A stretch of DNA of 64,000 nucleotides from an uncultured SAR86 cluster bacterium (GTDB lineage: Bacteria; Pseudomonadota; Gammaproteobacteria; Magnimaribacterales; AG-339-G14). The DNA lies in assembly GCA_902566305.1 (NCBI GenBank), contig CACFIK010000007.1:1691-65690 (forward strand), given 5' to 3'. Each line of letters begins with the position of its first letter. The first letter of the stretch is position 1. This document shows, piece by piece, positions 22,515-31,603 of the stretch. The position numbers were made by a program, and so were the translations under genes. The notes below the pieces were generated by a model. The model worked only from the letters and a program-made list of their open reading frames with translations, made no database searches and was not told the DNA's origin.

Positions 22515-23590
22515 TGCCCTCTCATAAAATCCCTAGCGTTTTCAAACCATGATTTCTCTTTGGGAGAATTCTTATCTTTATCGAATGATTCTTTAAGTTG
22601 CTCAAGAAGTTTTTTTTGCTCTGACGATATATTGATTGGGGTTTCAATCTGCACCCTTACTAATATATCCCCTTTTGATGCTCCATTAATAGGCTTGATT
22701 CCCTTCCCTTTAAGTCTCATCAATTTATGGCTCTGCGTTCCTGAAGGGATTTTTAACTTAACCTTTCCTTCTAAAGTTGGAACTTCAACGTCTCCTCCAA
22801 GAACGGCATCGATGTAATTTATTGGTATCTCGCAATAAAGATGTCTTCCATCTCTTTGAAATATTTTATGCTCTTGAATGTCTACCGTGATGAAAAGATC
22901 TCCATTTGGATTATTGCCGTTTCCGGGCTCGCCTTCTCCTGAAAGTCTTATTCTATCTCCCGAATCAATTCCTGCAGGTATTTTCACTGACAAGGTTTTA
23001 TCTTTATTGATATATCCCCGACCATGACAAATATTACAATTAGGATCGTGTATCTCTCCTTCTCCTCTACATTGAGGACAAGTTTGTTGCATCGAAAAGA
23101 AACCTTGTTGCATCCTTACAACTCCTGCTCCAGAACAATAAGAACAAGTAGAAAACTTACCAGAACATCTTTCCTTTGATGGGATTTGAAGACTAACCTC
23201 CGTTCCTCTTACAGCTTCCTCAAGCGAAATACTCAAATTGTAAGCTAGATCTGCACCGCTGGATCTCGATCTACCCCTTGTAGATCCTCCAAAAATATCT
23301 GAAAAAATATCTCCAAAAATATCACTAAAAGCATCTGCAGCACCCTGTGCACTTGAATATTGAGAATTTACTCCCTGGTGACCAAAGTTATCATAGGCTT
23401 GTCTTTTTTGATCATCTGAAAGAATTTCATATGCCTCAGATAGTTCCTTGAATTTATCCGCAGCCTCCTGATCATCAGGATTTCTATCCGGATGATATTT
23501 CATTGCTAATTTTCTATAAGCTTTTTTTAGCTCATCTTTTGAGGAAGATTTAGAGACTCCCAAAACATCGTAGTAGTCTCGTTTACTCAT
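22511..23590 (-). CDS. dnaJ: molecular chaperone DnaJ
   Basis: J domain DYYDVLGV...[14 protein letters not shown], short G/F region, and Cys-rich region with [16 protein letters not shown] and CNICHGRG. Confidence 0.95.
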   Translation of the reverse strand: MSKRDYYDVLGVSKSSSKDELKKAYRKLAMKYHPDRNPDDQEAADKFKELSEAYEILSDDQKRQAYDNFGHQGVNSQYSSAQGAADAFSDIFGDIFSDIFGGSTRGRSRSSGADLAYNLSISLEEAVRGTEVSLQIPSKERCSGKFSTCSYCSGAGVVRMQQGFFSMQQTCPQCRGEGEIHDPNCNICHGRGYINKDKTLSVKIPAGIDSGDRIRLSGEGEPGNGNNPNGDLFITVDIQEHKIFQRDGRHLYCEIPINYIDAVLGGDVEVPTLEGKVKLKIPSGTQSHKLMRLKGKGIKPINGASKGDILVRVQIETPINISSEQKKLLEQLKESFDKDKNSPKEKSWFENARDFMRGQ

Positions 23591-23606
23591 TGGAACTGAT
23601 AAGAAT

Positions 23607-25526
23607 CTATCTAGATTCTTCTTTTACTTCTTCAAAATCAGCATCAACAACATTTTCTTCATTCGATCCCTGATTATCGCTATCATTAGCTTGGGCTCCC
23701 TGTGATTCTTGTTGCTGTTCGGCATAAAGTCTTTGTGCCATTGATGAGGAAGCATCTGTTAAAGCTTTAGTTTTCTCTTCTATGCTGTCTTTATCATCTC
23801 CCTTTAGAGCCTCCTCTAGATCTGAAATGGCGGCCTCAATAGCAGATTTTTCATCTTCTGAAACTTTATCTTTGGATTCTTCCAGAGTTTTTTTACAACC
23901 ATGAATAAGAGTATCTGCAGTATTCCTAGCGTTTACCAGTTCCTCAAACTTCTTATCGTTATCGGCGTTCGCTTCAGCATCTGAAACCATTTTTTCTATC
24001 TCGTCTTCAGATAGTCCTCCGGATGCCTGAATAGTGATCTTTTGTTCTTTGCCAGTTGCTTTGTCTTTGGCTGAAACATTTAATATTCCGTTTGCATCTA
24101 TATCGAAAGCTACCTCAATTTGCGGCATGCCTCTAGGAGCAGGAGCAATACCGTCCAGATTGAAAAGACCTAATTGCTTATTGTCAGCAGCTTGTTTTCG
24201 CTCTCCTTGAACAACGTTTACTGTTACAGCTGTTTGATTGTCTTCTGCAGTGGAAAAAATTTGAGATTTATTAGTTGGGATAGTTGTATTTTTCTCTATT
24301 AATGGAGTTGCAACACCACCTAAAGTTTCTATCCCAAGAGTTAAAGGAGTTACATCCAACAAAAGGATGTCTGTAACATCTCCTGCTAAAACCGCACCTT
24401 GAACTGCAGCACCCATAGCGACCGCTTCATCAGGATTAATGTCCTGTCTTGGCTCTTTTCCAAAAAATTCTTTAACTTTTTCTTGAACAAGAGGCATTCT
24501 AGTTTGACCGCCAACTAAAATTACATCAGATATGTCAGATGGAGATAAGCCAGCATCTTTCATCGCTATTTCAACAGGCTTTATGCTTCTTTCTACCAAT
24601 CCTGATACTAAAGATTCGAATTTTGCTCTTGTGATTTTATAGAGTAGATGTTTTGGCCCTGAAGAATCTGCAGTTACATAAGGAAGATTGATTTCAGTTT
24701 GCTGATTAGAAGACAATTCTATTTTTGCTTTTTCGGCAGCTTCTTTTAATCTCTGAAGCGCAGCAGGATCTGCCTTTAGATCAACGCCTTGATCTTTTTT
24801 AAATTCATCAACCAAATAATCTATTATTGCGATATCAAAATCCTCTCCGCCAAGAAATGTATCTCCGTTTGTGGAAAGAACCTCGAATTGTTTTTCTCCT
24901 TCAACCTCAGCAAGTTCAATAATAGAAATATCAAATGTCCCTCCTCCTAAATCATATACAGCAATCTTCTGATCAGAGGTTTTTTTATCTAAACCAAAAG
25001 CAAGTGCAGCAGCTGTAGGTTCATTGATAATTCTCTTTACATCAAGGCCAGCTATTTTCCCAGCATCTTTAGTGGCTTGACGTTGAGAGTCATTGAAATA
25101 TGCAGGGACAGTGATGACTGCCTCTTTGACTTCTTGCCCTAGATATTCTTCAGCTCTTTTCTTTAAGGTTCTGAGGATTTCGGCAGAAACTTGTTGTGGT
25201 GCTAAGCCTTTTCCACCTGCTTCGACCCATGCATCACCGTTATCTGCTTTAATGATTTTAAATGGCACCATGTCTTTATCCTTTGACACAACATCATCTT
25301 CAAATCTTCTACCTATTAATCTTTTTATGGCATATAGAGTATTTTCTGGGTTAGTTACAGACTGCCTTTTAGCACTCTGTCCTACTAGAATCTCATCCGT
25401 ATAGGCCACAACAGATGGTGTTGTTCTTGCTCCTTCTGAATTTTCAATAACTTTTGCTTGGTTACCTTCCATTACAGCAACACAAGAATTAGTGGTTCCT
25501 AAATCTATTCCTATAACTTTAGACAT
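23607..25526 (-). CDS. dnaK: molecular chaperone DnaK (Hsp70)
   Basis: [23 protein letters not shown] and [11 protein letters not shown] signatures. 639 aa. Confidence 0.98.
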   Translation of the reverse strand: MSKVIGIDLGTTNSCVAVMEGNQAKVIENSEGARTTPSVVAYTDEILVGQSAKRQSVTNPENTLYAIKRLIGRRFEDDVVSKDKDMVPFKIIKADNGDAWVEAGGKGLAPQQVSAEILRTLKKRAEEYLGQEVKEAVITVPAYFNDSQRQATKDAGKIAGLDVKRIINEPTAAALAFGLDKKTSDQKIAVYDLGGGTFDISIIELAEVEGEKQFEVLSTNGDTFLGGEDFDIAIIDYLVDEFKKDQGVDLKADPAALQRLKEAAEKAKIELSSNQQTEINLPYVTADSSGPKHLLYKITRAKFESLVSGLVERSIKPVEIAMKDAGLSPSDISDVILVGGQTRMPLVQEKVKEFFGKEPRQDINPDEAVAMGAAVQGAVLAGDVTDILLLDVTPLTLGIETLGGVATPLIEKNTTIPTNKSQIFSTAEDNQTAVTVNVVQGERKQAADNKQLGLFNLDGIAPAPRGMPQIEVAFDIDANGILNVSAKDKATGKEQKITIQASGGLSEDEIEKMVSDAEANADNDKKFEELVNARNTADTLIHGCKKTLEESKDKVSEDEKSAIEAAISDLEEALKGDDKDSIEEKTKALTDASSSMAQRLYAEQQQESQGAQANDSDNQGSNEENVVDADFEEVKEESR

Positions 25527-25551
25527 AACTTTTATCTCCTTTTATCCCTAA

Positions 25552-25577
25552 ATATGGCTTTTTTAGGAAAAAACAAG
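25552..25577 (-). promoter_or_regulatory. weak sigma32-like promoter candidate upstream of dnaK
   Basis: Minus strand reads CTTGTT-14 nt-CCATATTT, compared with the heat-shock consensus CTTGAA-13..15 nt-CCCCATnT. The match is only partial. Confidence 0.25.
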
Positions 25578-25578
25578 A

Positions 25579-26136
25579 TTAATGCGGGATTTTATTTACT
25601 ACTACAAGGGCAGGCCTGATAAGTCGATCATTTAATGTGCAGCCTTTTTGCGCAACGGATAAAATAATGTTGTTTCCTTTGTCCTTTTCATTTGAAGTTG
25701 ATATAGCTTCATGCAATTTTGGATCAAATTCATCACCCAAAGGATCTAAAAGAACTATTCCGTTTTTGCCAAGGACATTTTCCAACTCTCTCAAAATCAA
25801 TTCGTAACCATCTGCAGGAATAGTATTTTCTTGCGTTTTATAATCTAGGTTTCTAAATAGATTATCAATAACTGAGAGTAAGTCTTTCATAAATGACTCT
25901 AAGCCGAATATTCTTGCGCGTGCAATGTCATTTTGAGCAGATTTTCGTGTATTGATCATTTCTGCTTGAAGTCTCATCATCTGATCTTCAAGCGAGGAAA
26001 TTTTTTCTTCTGCCGAAGGCTCAACCTCTTCTTCTAGGTCTGATTCTTCATCCGGTTGTTCAATATTTTCTTGAACCTCTTCAAGCTCTGAGACATTATC
26101 CTGATTAACTTTAGAGTCTTTCTTTTTATTTGTCAT
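25579..26136 (-). CDS. grpE: nucleotide exchange factor GrpE
   Basis: Acidic N-terminus, coiled-coil region, and C-terminal beta domain (GCTLNDRLIRPALVVV). Upstream of dnaK. Confidence 0.9.
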   Translation of the reverse strand: MTNKKKDSKVNQDNVSELEEVQENIEQPDEESDLEEEVEPSAEEKISSLEDQMMRLQAEMINTRKSAQNDIARARIFGLESFMKDLLSVIDNLFRNLDYKTQENTIPADGYELILRELENVLGKNGIVLLDPLGDEFDPKLHEAISTSNEKDKGNNIILSVAQKGCTLNDRLIRPALVVVNKIPH

Positions 26137-26560
26137 TTTTTATAGGTTCAACGTATAAAACCAACCTATGATCAACGATTTTATACCCCATAGACTTAGC
26201 TAATTCTTCTTGTTTTTCTTCAATGATCTGATCATTAAATTCAATAACCTTGCCTGTTTCCATACATACCATGTGGTCATGATGATCGTCTGGCATCAAT
26301 TCATAAACTGAATGGCCTGATTCGAAGTTGTGTTTCATTAGTATATCCGCTGATTCAAACTGAGTAAGAACTCTGTAAACAGTAGCCAAACCAACCTCAT
26401 CTCCAGCCTCAATAAGTTTTTTATAAACTTCATCAGCGCTAAGGTGTTTCTGATCAGACGACTCAAAAATTTCTAAAATCCTTACCCTCGGTAAAGTTAC
26501 CTTGAGTCCTGCGTCTCTAATATTCTTATCTTTAACCATTTTATTATGTGTATTCCCCAT
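26126..26560 (-). CDS. fur: ferric uptake regulator Fur (Pseudomonas-like, single Cys after HHDH)
   Basis: AGLKVTLPRVRILEIF winged-helix region and HHDHMVCMETGKVIEF metal site. By homology the start may be the second ATG at 26539 (MVKDKNIRDAGLKVT). Confidence 0.9.
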   Translation of the reverse strand: MGNTHNKMVKDKNIRDAGLKVTLPRVRILEIFESSDQKHLSADEVYKKLIEAGDEVGLATVYRVLTQFESADILMKHNFESGHSVYELMPDDHHDHMVCMETGKVIEFNDQIIEEKQEELAKSMGYKIVDHRLVLYVEPIKNDK

Positions 26561-26576
26561 TATAATTGGGATTCCT

Positions 26577-26912
26577 ATGAATAAATCAATAATAGCAATT
26601 CTTATCTCTCTTGTATTTATTTCCTGCGGGGATAGATTTTATAGAGTGGTGGTACCTCAAGGAAACCTTGTCACAGACGAGATGATCCAACAATTAGAAG
26701 TTGGTATGACAGAAGCTCAAGTAAATTTCATTATGGGAACTCCTTTAATCCGCGATCCTCTAGAAAGAGATAGATGGGAGTATTATCGACAAATAATTCA
26801 TGGCGAAAAGCTTCTGGGAAAAACTAGCTTTACCCTTAAATTTGAGTCGGGAAGACTTTTGTCTTGGACAAATAATTTAGAAGAGAGCAAAAATAAAGAC
26901 CAATCCAATTAA
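26577..26912 (+). CDS. bamE: outer membrane protein assembly factor BamE (OmlA/SmpA lipoprotein)
   Basis: Start placed at MNKSIIAILISLVFISCG (lipobox-like FISC). Body QGNLVTDEMIQQLEVGMTEAQVNFIMGTPL matches the BamE family. Divergent from fur, as omlA-fur is in Pseudomonas. Confidence 0.8.
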   Translation: MNKSIIAILISLVFISCGDRFYRVVVPQGNLVTDEMIQQLEVGMTEAQVNFIMGTPLIRDPLERDRWEYYRQIIHGEKLLGKTSFTLKFESGRLLSWTNNLEESKNKDQSN

Positions 26913-28220
26913 GATCGGAGCGACATACCTAGTTAGATTTATCCAAATTTTCCAATAAAGTTCATTTTTTATCTTCATCTCTTCTTTGACAAAGTTCTCT
27001 GAAAGAATCCAGCCAACTAGTAAAGCAATAAACAAGCCGCCTAATGGCAACATGACTGAGTTTGTTAAAAAGTCCATAAAGTCTAAAAACGACATCGAAA
27101 ATATTTGAAAGTCTGCTATTAGATTAAATGAGAACAAACTTCCAAGTCCCAATAGCCAAGCAATGGATCCAAGGATAGTAACAGCATAAGTTCTGGAAAT
27201 TTTAAATCTATCCTCCATCCAAGCTGTACTGGGTTCAATTAAGGATACAGACGAACTCAAGGCAGCTAACGAAACAAGAATAAAAAACAGAGCTGAAGCA
27301 AAAAAACTGAAGGGAATACCATAAAAAGCCACAGGTAGAGTCTCAAAAAATAATGACGGACCAGCGGTTGGAGTAAGCTCTGGATTAGCAAATACAATCG
27401 GGAAAATAATCACTCCAGCAATTATGGCAACAAAAGTATCTAGAAAAATTATTAAGCTGACAGTTTTGGTTAAGTTTTGTTCCTCAGGAATATATGCACC
27501 ATAAGCCATAATTGCCCCCATGCCTAAACTCAGAGTAAAAAAAGCCTGACCCATGGCACTTATGATTACACTTGACGTGATCTTAGAAAAATCTGGCATG
27601 AACAGAAAACTGATAGCTTTACCAATTTCTCCCGTAAATGATGAATAAATTGAAAGCAGAATTATCAAAAAAAATAAAGTTGGCATAATTATCTTAATGG
27701 TGGCACCAATTCCATCGACGACTCCCTTTGCGACTATGAAACAAGTTAAAATCAAAAAAAGGCTGTGCCAAAAGATCATCCTCATTGGAGAGGACTGAAA
27801 CTGAGCAAAAAAATCAACAGAATATTGAGAAGGATTCAGTGAGTCAGCAGGAATTGGACTAAAAATATAAGCCAAAGAAATACCTGCAAAAACGCTATAG
27901 TAAGATAAGATCATCAAACCTGCTAAGGCACCAAACCACCCTAGCAAAACCCAGTAGGAAGAGATTCCTTTGAGGGAAACAAATTTTTTCATTGTATAAA
28001 CTGGGCTTGATCTTCCGTATTTTCCTAAGAAAATCTCGGACATCATCACTGGAAATCCAATTAATACGATGCAGGCTAGGTAAATTATTACAAATGCTCC
28101 TCCACCATTTTCACCCGCCATGTAGGGAAATTTCCAAATATTGCCAAGGCCTACAGCGGATCCTGCTGCAGCTAGTATAAAAGTCCAATTGCCTTTCCAA
28201 ATTTTTGAATTATTTGCCAT
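26877..28220 (-). CDS. sodium-dependent transporter, neurotransmitter:sodium symporter (NSS/SNF) family
   Basis: Hallmark TM1 motif AAGSAVGLGNIWKFPYMAGENGGGAF. About 11-12 hydrophobic segments. 447 aa. Confidence 0.85.
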   Translation of the reverse strand: MANNSKIWKGNWTFILAAAGSAVGLGNIWKFPYMAGENGGGAFVIIYLACIVLIGFPVMMSEIFLGKYGRSSPVYTMKKFVSLKGISSYWVLLGWFGALAGLMILSYYSVFAGISLAYIFSPIPADSLNPSQYSVDFFAQFQSSPMRMIFWHSLFLILTCFIVAKGVVDGIGATIKIIMPTLFFLIILLSIYSSFTGEIGKAISFLFMPDFSKITSSVIISAMGQAFFTLSLGMGAIMAYGAYIPEEQNLTKTVSLIIFLDTFVAIIAGVIIFPIVFANPELTPTAGPSLFFETLPVAFYGIPFSFFASALFFILVSLAALSSSVSLIEPSTAWMEDRFKISRTYAVTILGSIAWLLGLGSLFSFNLIADFQIFSMSFLDFMDFLTNSVMLPLGGLFIALLVGWILSENFVKEEMKIKNELYWKIWINLTRYVAPILIGLVFIFALF

Positions 28221-28268
28221 ACAAAGACGTCTCTAAAAGAATCATTACTTAATAGTTATACTACATCA

Positions 28269-28736
28269 ATGAACATCTCCAAAAAAAGTAACTTGCGACC
28301 AACAATTGAAAATCGACAAGCAAGATTTAATTATGAGCTTTTAGATGATTTTGAAGCAGGAATTTCTTTGGAAGGCTGGGAGGTTAAAAGTATCAGAAAT
28401 GGGCAGATAGAATTAAAAAATGCTTACGTTGTTTTAAAAAAAGGAGAAGCATGGATTATTGGATTGAAAATTCTACCCATGAAAGAAATTAATTACGAAG
28501 TTTCATCAGAAAGGTCTAGAAAGCTTTTACTTACTAAGGCAGAGTTATCTAAGCTTTTCAAACAGACAAATGAAAAAGGATTGAGTTGCGTCCCCATAAA
28601 AATTTTTTGGAAAAATAATTTAGTTAAAGTAAAAATTTCTGTGGCTCGAGGAAAATCAAAATACGATAAGAGACACTCATTGAAAAATAAGGAGTGGAAT
28701 AGGGAAAAATCTTCGTTAGAAAATTTTTCTAAGTGA
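28269..28736 (+). CDS. smpB: SsrA-binding protein SmpB
   Basis: ENRQARFNYELLDDFEAGISLEGWEVKSIR and a basic C-terminal tail. Directly upstream of ssrA. Confidence 0.95.
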   Translation: MNISKKSNLRPTIENRQARFNYELLDDFEAGISLEGWEVKSIRNGQIELKNAYVVLKKGEAWIIGLKILPMKEINYEVSSERSRKLLLTKAELSKLFKQTNEKGLSCVPIKIFWKNNLVKVKISVARGKSKYDKRHSLKNKEWNREKSSLENFSK

Positions 28737-28766
28737 TGATCATTAGATACAATTACTTGCTTTTTT

Positions 28767-29115
28767 GGGGGCGAACAGGATTAGACATCTTTCTTTCGAA
28801 CCTTAAGTGCATGTCGAGACTGAGGAGTTCTCGTTAAACAATTCTCAAAACAATTAGTTGGCAAAAACAACTACGCACTAGCTGCATAATTAAGCTAGCT
28901 TCCTTACCCTGACTTCTACTAAGGGATAAGCGAAGTCGACTAGTAGAATGCTTGAAATGTGTTGCTCAGACCCATTTTGATAAGACTTTTCTGAGCTTAC
29001 TCTTCTAATCCCTTTTCATCGGGCCATGGAAGTAAAAGAAAATTGATGAAATAAGCATGTAGATCTGAAGGTAAGAGTTAGTTGGACGCGGGTTCGATAC
29101 CCGCCGCCTCCACCA
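28767..29115 (+). ncRNA. ssrA: tmRNA (SsrA), one-piece
   Basis: The 5' GGGGGCG pairs with the 3' CGCCTCC-ACCA, including the G3:U wobble. Conserved GGATTAGAC, GTGCATGTCGAG and T-arm GGACGCGGGTTCGATACCCGCC. Tag frame GGC AAA AAC AAC TAC GCA CTA GCT GCA TAA (GKNNYALAA) at 28860..28889. Confidence 0.92.
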
Positions 29116-29135
29116 AAATTAGAAATTAAATTGAT

Positions 29136-31268
29136 CTATTTTATTGATAATCTATTTTCTATATTTCCTAAGATGAATGAAAAGATTTCTGAATAAGAGT
29201 CTAAGATTATCTCTGTTGGAGTGCCTGCACCATGTCCTGCTTCAGTTTCAATTCTAATGAGGATAGGATTATCTCCACTGTGTAATTCCTGCAATGAAGC
29301 GGCAAACTTATATGAATGAGCTGGGACTACCCTATCGTCATGATCGCCTGTTGTTATCAATGTGGCGGGATAAGAGACTTCGTCTTTAATATTGTGTATT
29401 GGTGAATAAGATAAAAGATAGTTAAACATCTCTTCACTTTCATCTGATGTACCATAATCATAAGCCCAGCCTGCACCGGCAGTAAATTTATGATACCTGA
29501 GCATATCTAGTACACCAACCGCAGGGAGAGCAACTCTAGCAAGCTGAGGCTCTTGGGTCATAACAGCACCAACTAAAAGACCTCCGTTTGAACCTCCTCT
29601 CAAAATTAAGTTTTCTGATTTTGTATAGCCCTCTGAAAAAAGAAATCTTGCGGCATAGATAAAATCATCAAATACATTTTGCTTGTTCATTTTTGTCCCA
29701 GATAGATGCCATTTCTTCCCATATTCTCCGCCTCCTCTGATATTTGGAACCGCATAAACTCCGCCTTTTTCTAACCAATAAGCCATAATGCTGCTGAAAT
29801 TTGGAGTGAGGGAAATATTAAAACCTCCATATCCATAAAGAATTGTTGGATTTTTACCATTTTTACTCAAACCTTTTTTATATGTGATGATCATTGGAAC
29901 TTTTGTTCCATCTTTGGAGGTATAAAAAACCTGCTCTGATATATATTTTTCAGGATCAAAATTTATCTTTGGCTTGAAATAAATTTTTGATTTACCGCTC
30001 TTGGGATTGATGCTGTAGATTGTGGGAGGTGTATGGTAGTTGGAGAAAGAATAGAAAAGTTCATCATCCTCTCTTTTCCCTGTGATTGGAGAAACACTAC
30101 CTATACCCGGAAGATCGACTTCTCTAATGAGCTTTCCAGAAAAATCATATTGAAAAGTCTTTGAAATTGCATTCTGCATTAACTCTACAAATATATATCC
30201 TCCTGAAGAGCTTGGACTCATTACAGAATCCTGTTCTGGGATTAAATCTTTGGAGTTATCTAAAGAAGGTTTTGTGGCTTGAACTGAAATAATTTTTTGA
30301 TTATCAGCATTATTGTTAGTCACTAAAAAAAGTTCGTCATCTAGACTATCCAACAAATAAACATCGATAGAAAGATCGTCATTTATAGTTTTAATTTGTG
30401 GATTTTCATCTAAGTGATTTATTAAATAGAGCTCATTTCCAGATGTGGAATTTGCGGCAGATATAATTAAGTATTTTTGATCCTCTGTTACAGAGGATGA
30501 AACATATCTTCTTTTTTGTTCAGCTTTGTTTCCAAAGATAATTTGATCTTTTTCTTGAGTAGTTCCTAATTTATGAAAATAAAGTTTATGATTATTATTC
30601 AAAGAACTTAGTTCACTTCCTTCAGGAGCATCGTAAGTTGAATAGTAGATACCCTCATTGTTTTTCCAACTTAATGAAGAAAACTTAACGTTGATTAGAG
30701 AATCTGATAACAATGATTTGGTTTCTGTATCTAAAAAGAATACTTTCCTCCAATCACTTCCACCTTCAGAAATTGCATAAGCAGCAACACTTCCATCTTT
30801 ACTAAAACTAATATCAGATAAAGAGATAGTTCCATCTTCACTGAACGAGTTAGGATCTAAAAAGACTTCCTCAACTCCTTGAGAGTCTTTTCGATAAAGC
30901 ACTGATTGATTTTGTAGGCCAGTATTCTTGAAAAAATAAATGTAATTTCCTTCTTTGAAGGGCGAAGAAAATTTCTCATAGTCCCAAATTTTTTTTAATC
31001 CATCTTTTATTTGCTCTTTGGATCCTAAACTTTCGAAGTATTTATCAGTAAAGAGATTTTGATCCTCTATCCACCTTTTTGTCTCCTTATCGAGATCATC
31101 CTCAAGCCATCTATATGGATCTTGAATTTCTTTTGAAAAGTATAAATCAGAAATATTAACTTTTTTAGTCATGGGATAAATTGATTTCAAATTATTATTA
31201 TCAACCATGCTTGACTGCTCGCACGATAACAAACTTATGGAAATAAGGATTATGGCTAGTTTTCGCAT
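29136..31268 (-). CDS. prolyl oligopeptidase (S9A family), probable lipoprotein
   Basis: 710 aa. N-terminal MRKLAIILISISLLSCEQ, beta-propeller region, catalytic GGSNGGLL Ser motif, DHDDRV and EAGHGAG. Confidence 0.9.
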   Translation of the reverse strand: MRKLAIILISISLLSCEQSSMVDNNNLKSIYPMTKKVNISDLYFSKEIQDPYRWLEDDLDKETKRWIEDQNLFTDKYFESLGSKEQIKDGLKKIWDYEKFSSPFKEGNYIYFFKNTGLQNQSVLYRKDSQGVEEVFLDPNSFSEDGTISLSDISFSKDGSVAAYAISEGGSDWRKVFFLDTETKSLLSDSLINVKFSSLSWKNNEGIYYSTYDAPEGSELSSLNNNHKLYFHKLGTTQEKDQIIFGNKAEQKRRYVSSSVTEDQKYLIISAANSTSGNELYLINHLDENPQIKTINDDLSIDVYLLDSLDDELFLVTNNNADNQKIISVQATKPSLDNSKDLIPEQDSVMSPSSSGGYIFVELMQNAISKTFQYDFSGKLIREVDLPGIGSVSPITGKREDDELFYSFSNYHTPPTIYSINPKSGKSKIYFKPKINFDPEKYISEQVFYTSKDGTKVPMIITYKKGLSKNGKNPTILYGYGGFNISLTPNFSSIMAYWLEKGGVYAVPNIRGGGEYGKKWHLSGTKMNKQNVFDDFIYAARFLFSEGYTKSENLILRGGSNGGLLVGAVMTQEPQLARVALPAVGVLDMLRYHKFTAGAGWAYDYGTSDESEEMFNYLLSYSPIHNIKDEVSYPATLITTGDHDDRVVPAHSYKFAASLQELHSGDNPILIRIETEAGHGAGTPTEIILDSYSEIFSFILGNIENRLSIK

Positions 31269-31333
31269 GAATGAATAAACTTATTAAGTATTATATTGAC
31301 AAATTAGTTTGTTATCTTCATCATTCCGCACCT

Positions 31334-31603
31334 ATGGCAAACATTAAATCAGCAATTAAAAGAGCTAGGCAAGCTAATAGAAGAAATGCCCTTAAAAGCT
31401 CTCAACGTGCTTCTGCGAGGACAAGTATTAAGGCTTTTGAAAAAGCACTTGATGATAAGAACATCGAAGCTGCCGGGAACGAGTTTAAGAAAACTCAGAA
31501 ACTAATGGACAAACTTGCCAATAAAAAAGTTCTTCCCAAAAATCACGTTGCAAGAACTAAATCAAGACTCAACAAAAAATTAAAAGCTCTTAAGTCAGCT
31601 TAA
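31334..31603 (+). CDS. rpsT: 30S ribosomal protein S20
   Basis: MANIKSAIKRARQANRRN start at ATG 31334. The track ORF start at 31271 adds a non-homologous 21-aa extension. Confidence 0.93.
   Translation: MANIKSAIKRARQANRRNALKSSQRASARTSIKAFEKALDDKNIEAAGNEFKKTQKLMDKLANKKVLPKNHVARTKSRLNKKLKALKSA

Noticed and set aside
26540-26600. Fur box or sigma32 -10 (CCCCAT at about 26555) in the short fur-bamE divergent region
   Set aside because: AT-rich stretches here match the 19-bp Fur consensus (GATAATGATAATCATTATC) poorly when aligned by eye. The CCCCATTA on the plus strand has no acceptable CTTGAA-like -35 at the right spacing. This is too weak to call.
29116-29135. Genomic island integrated at the tmRNA 3' end
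   Set aside because: Only 20 nt separate ssrA from the stop of the convergent peptidase gene. There is no integrase and no duplicated copy of the tmRNA 3' segment nearby, and the flanking genes are chromosomal and syntenic.
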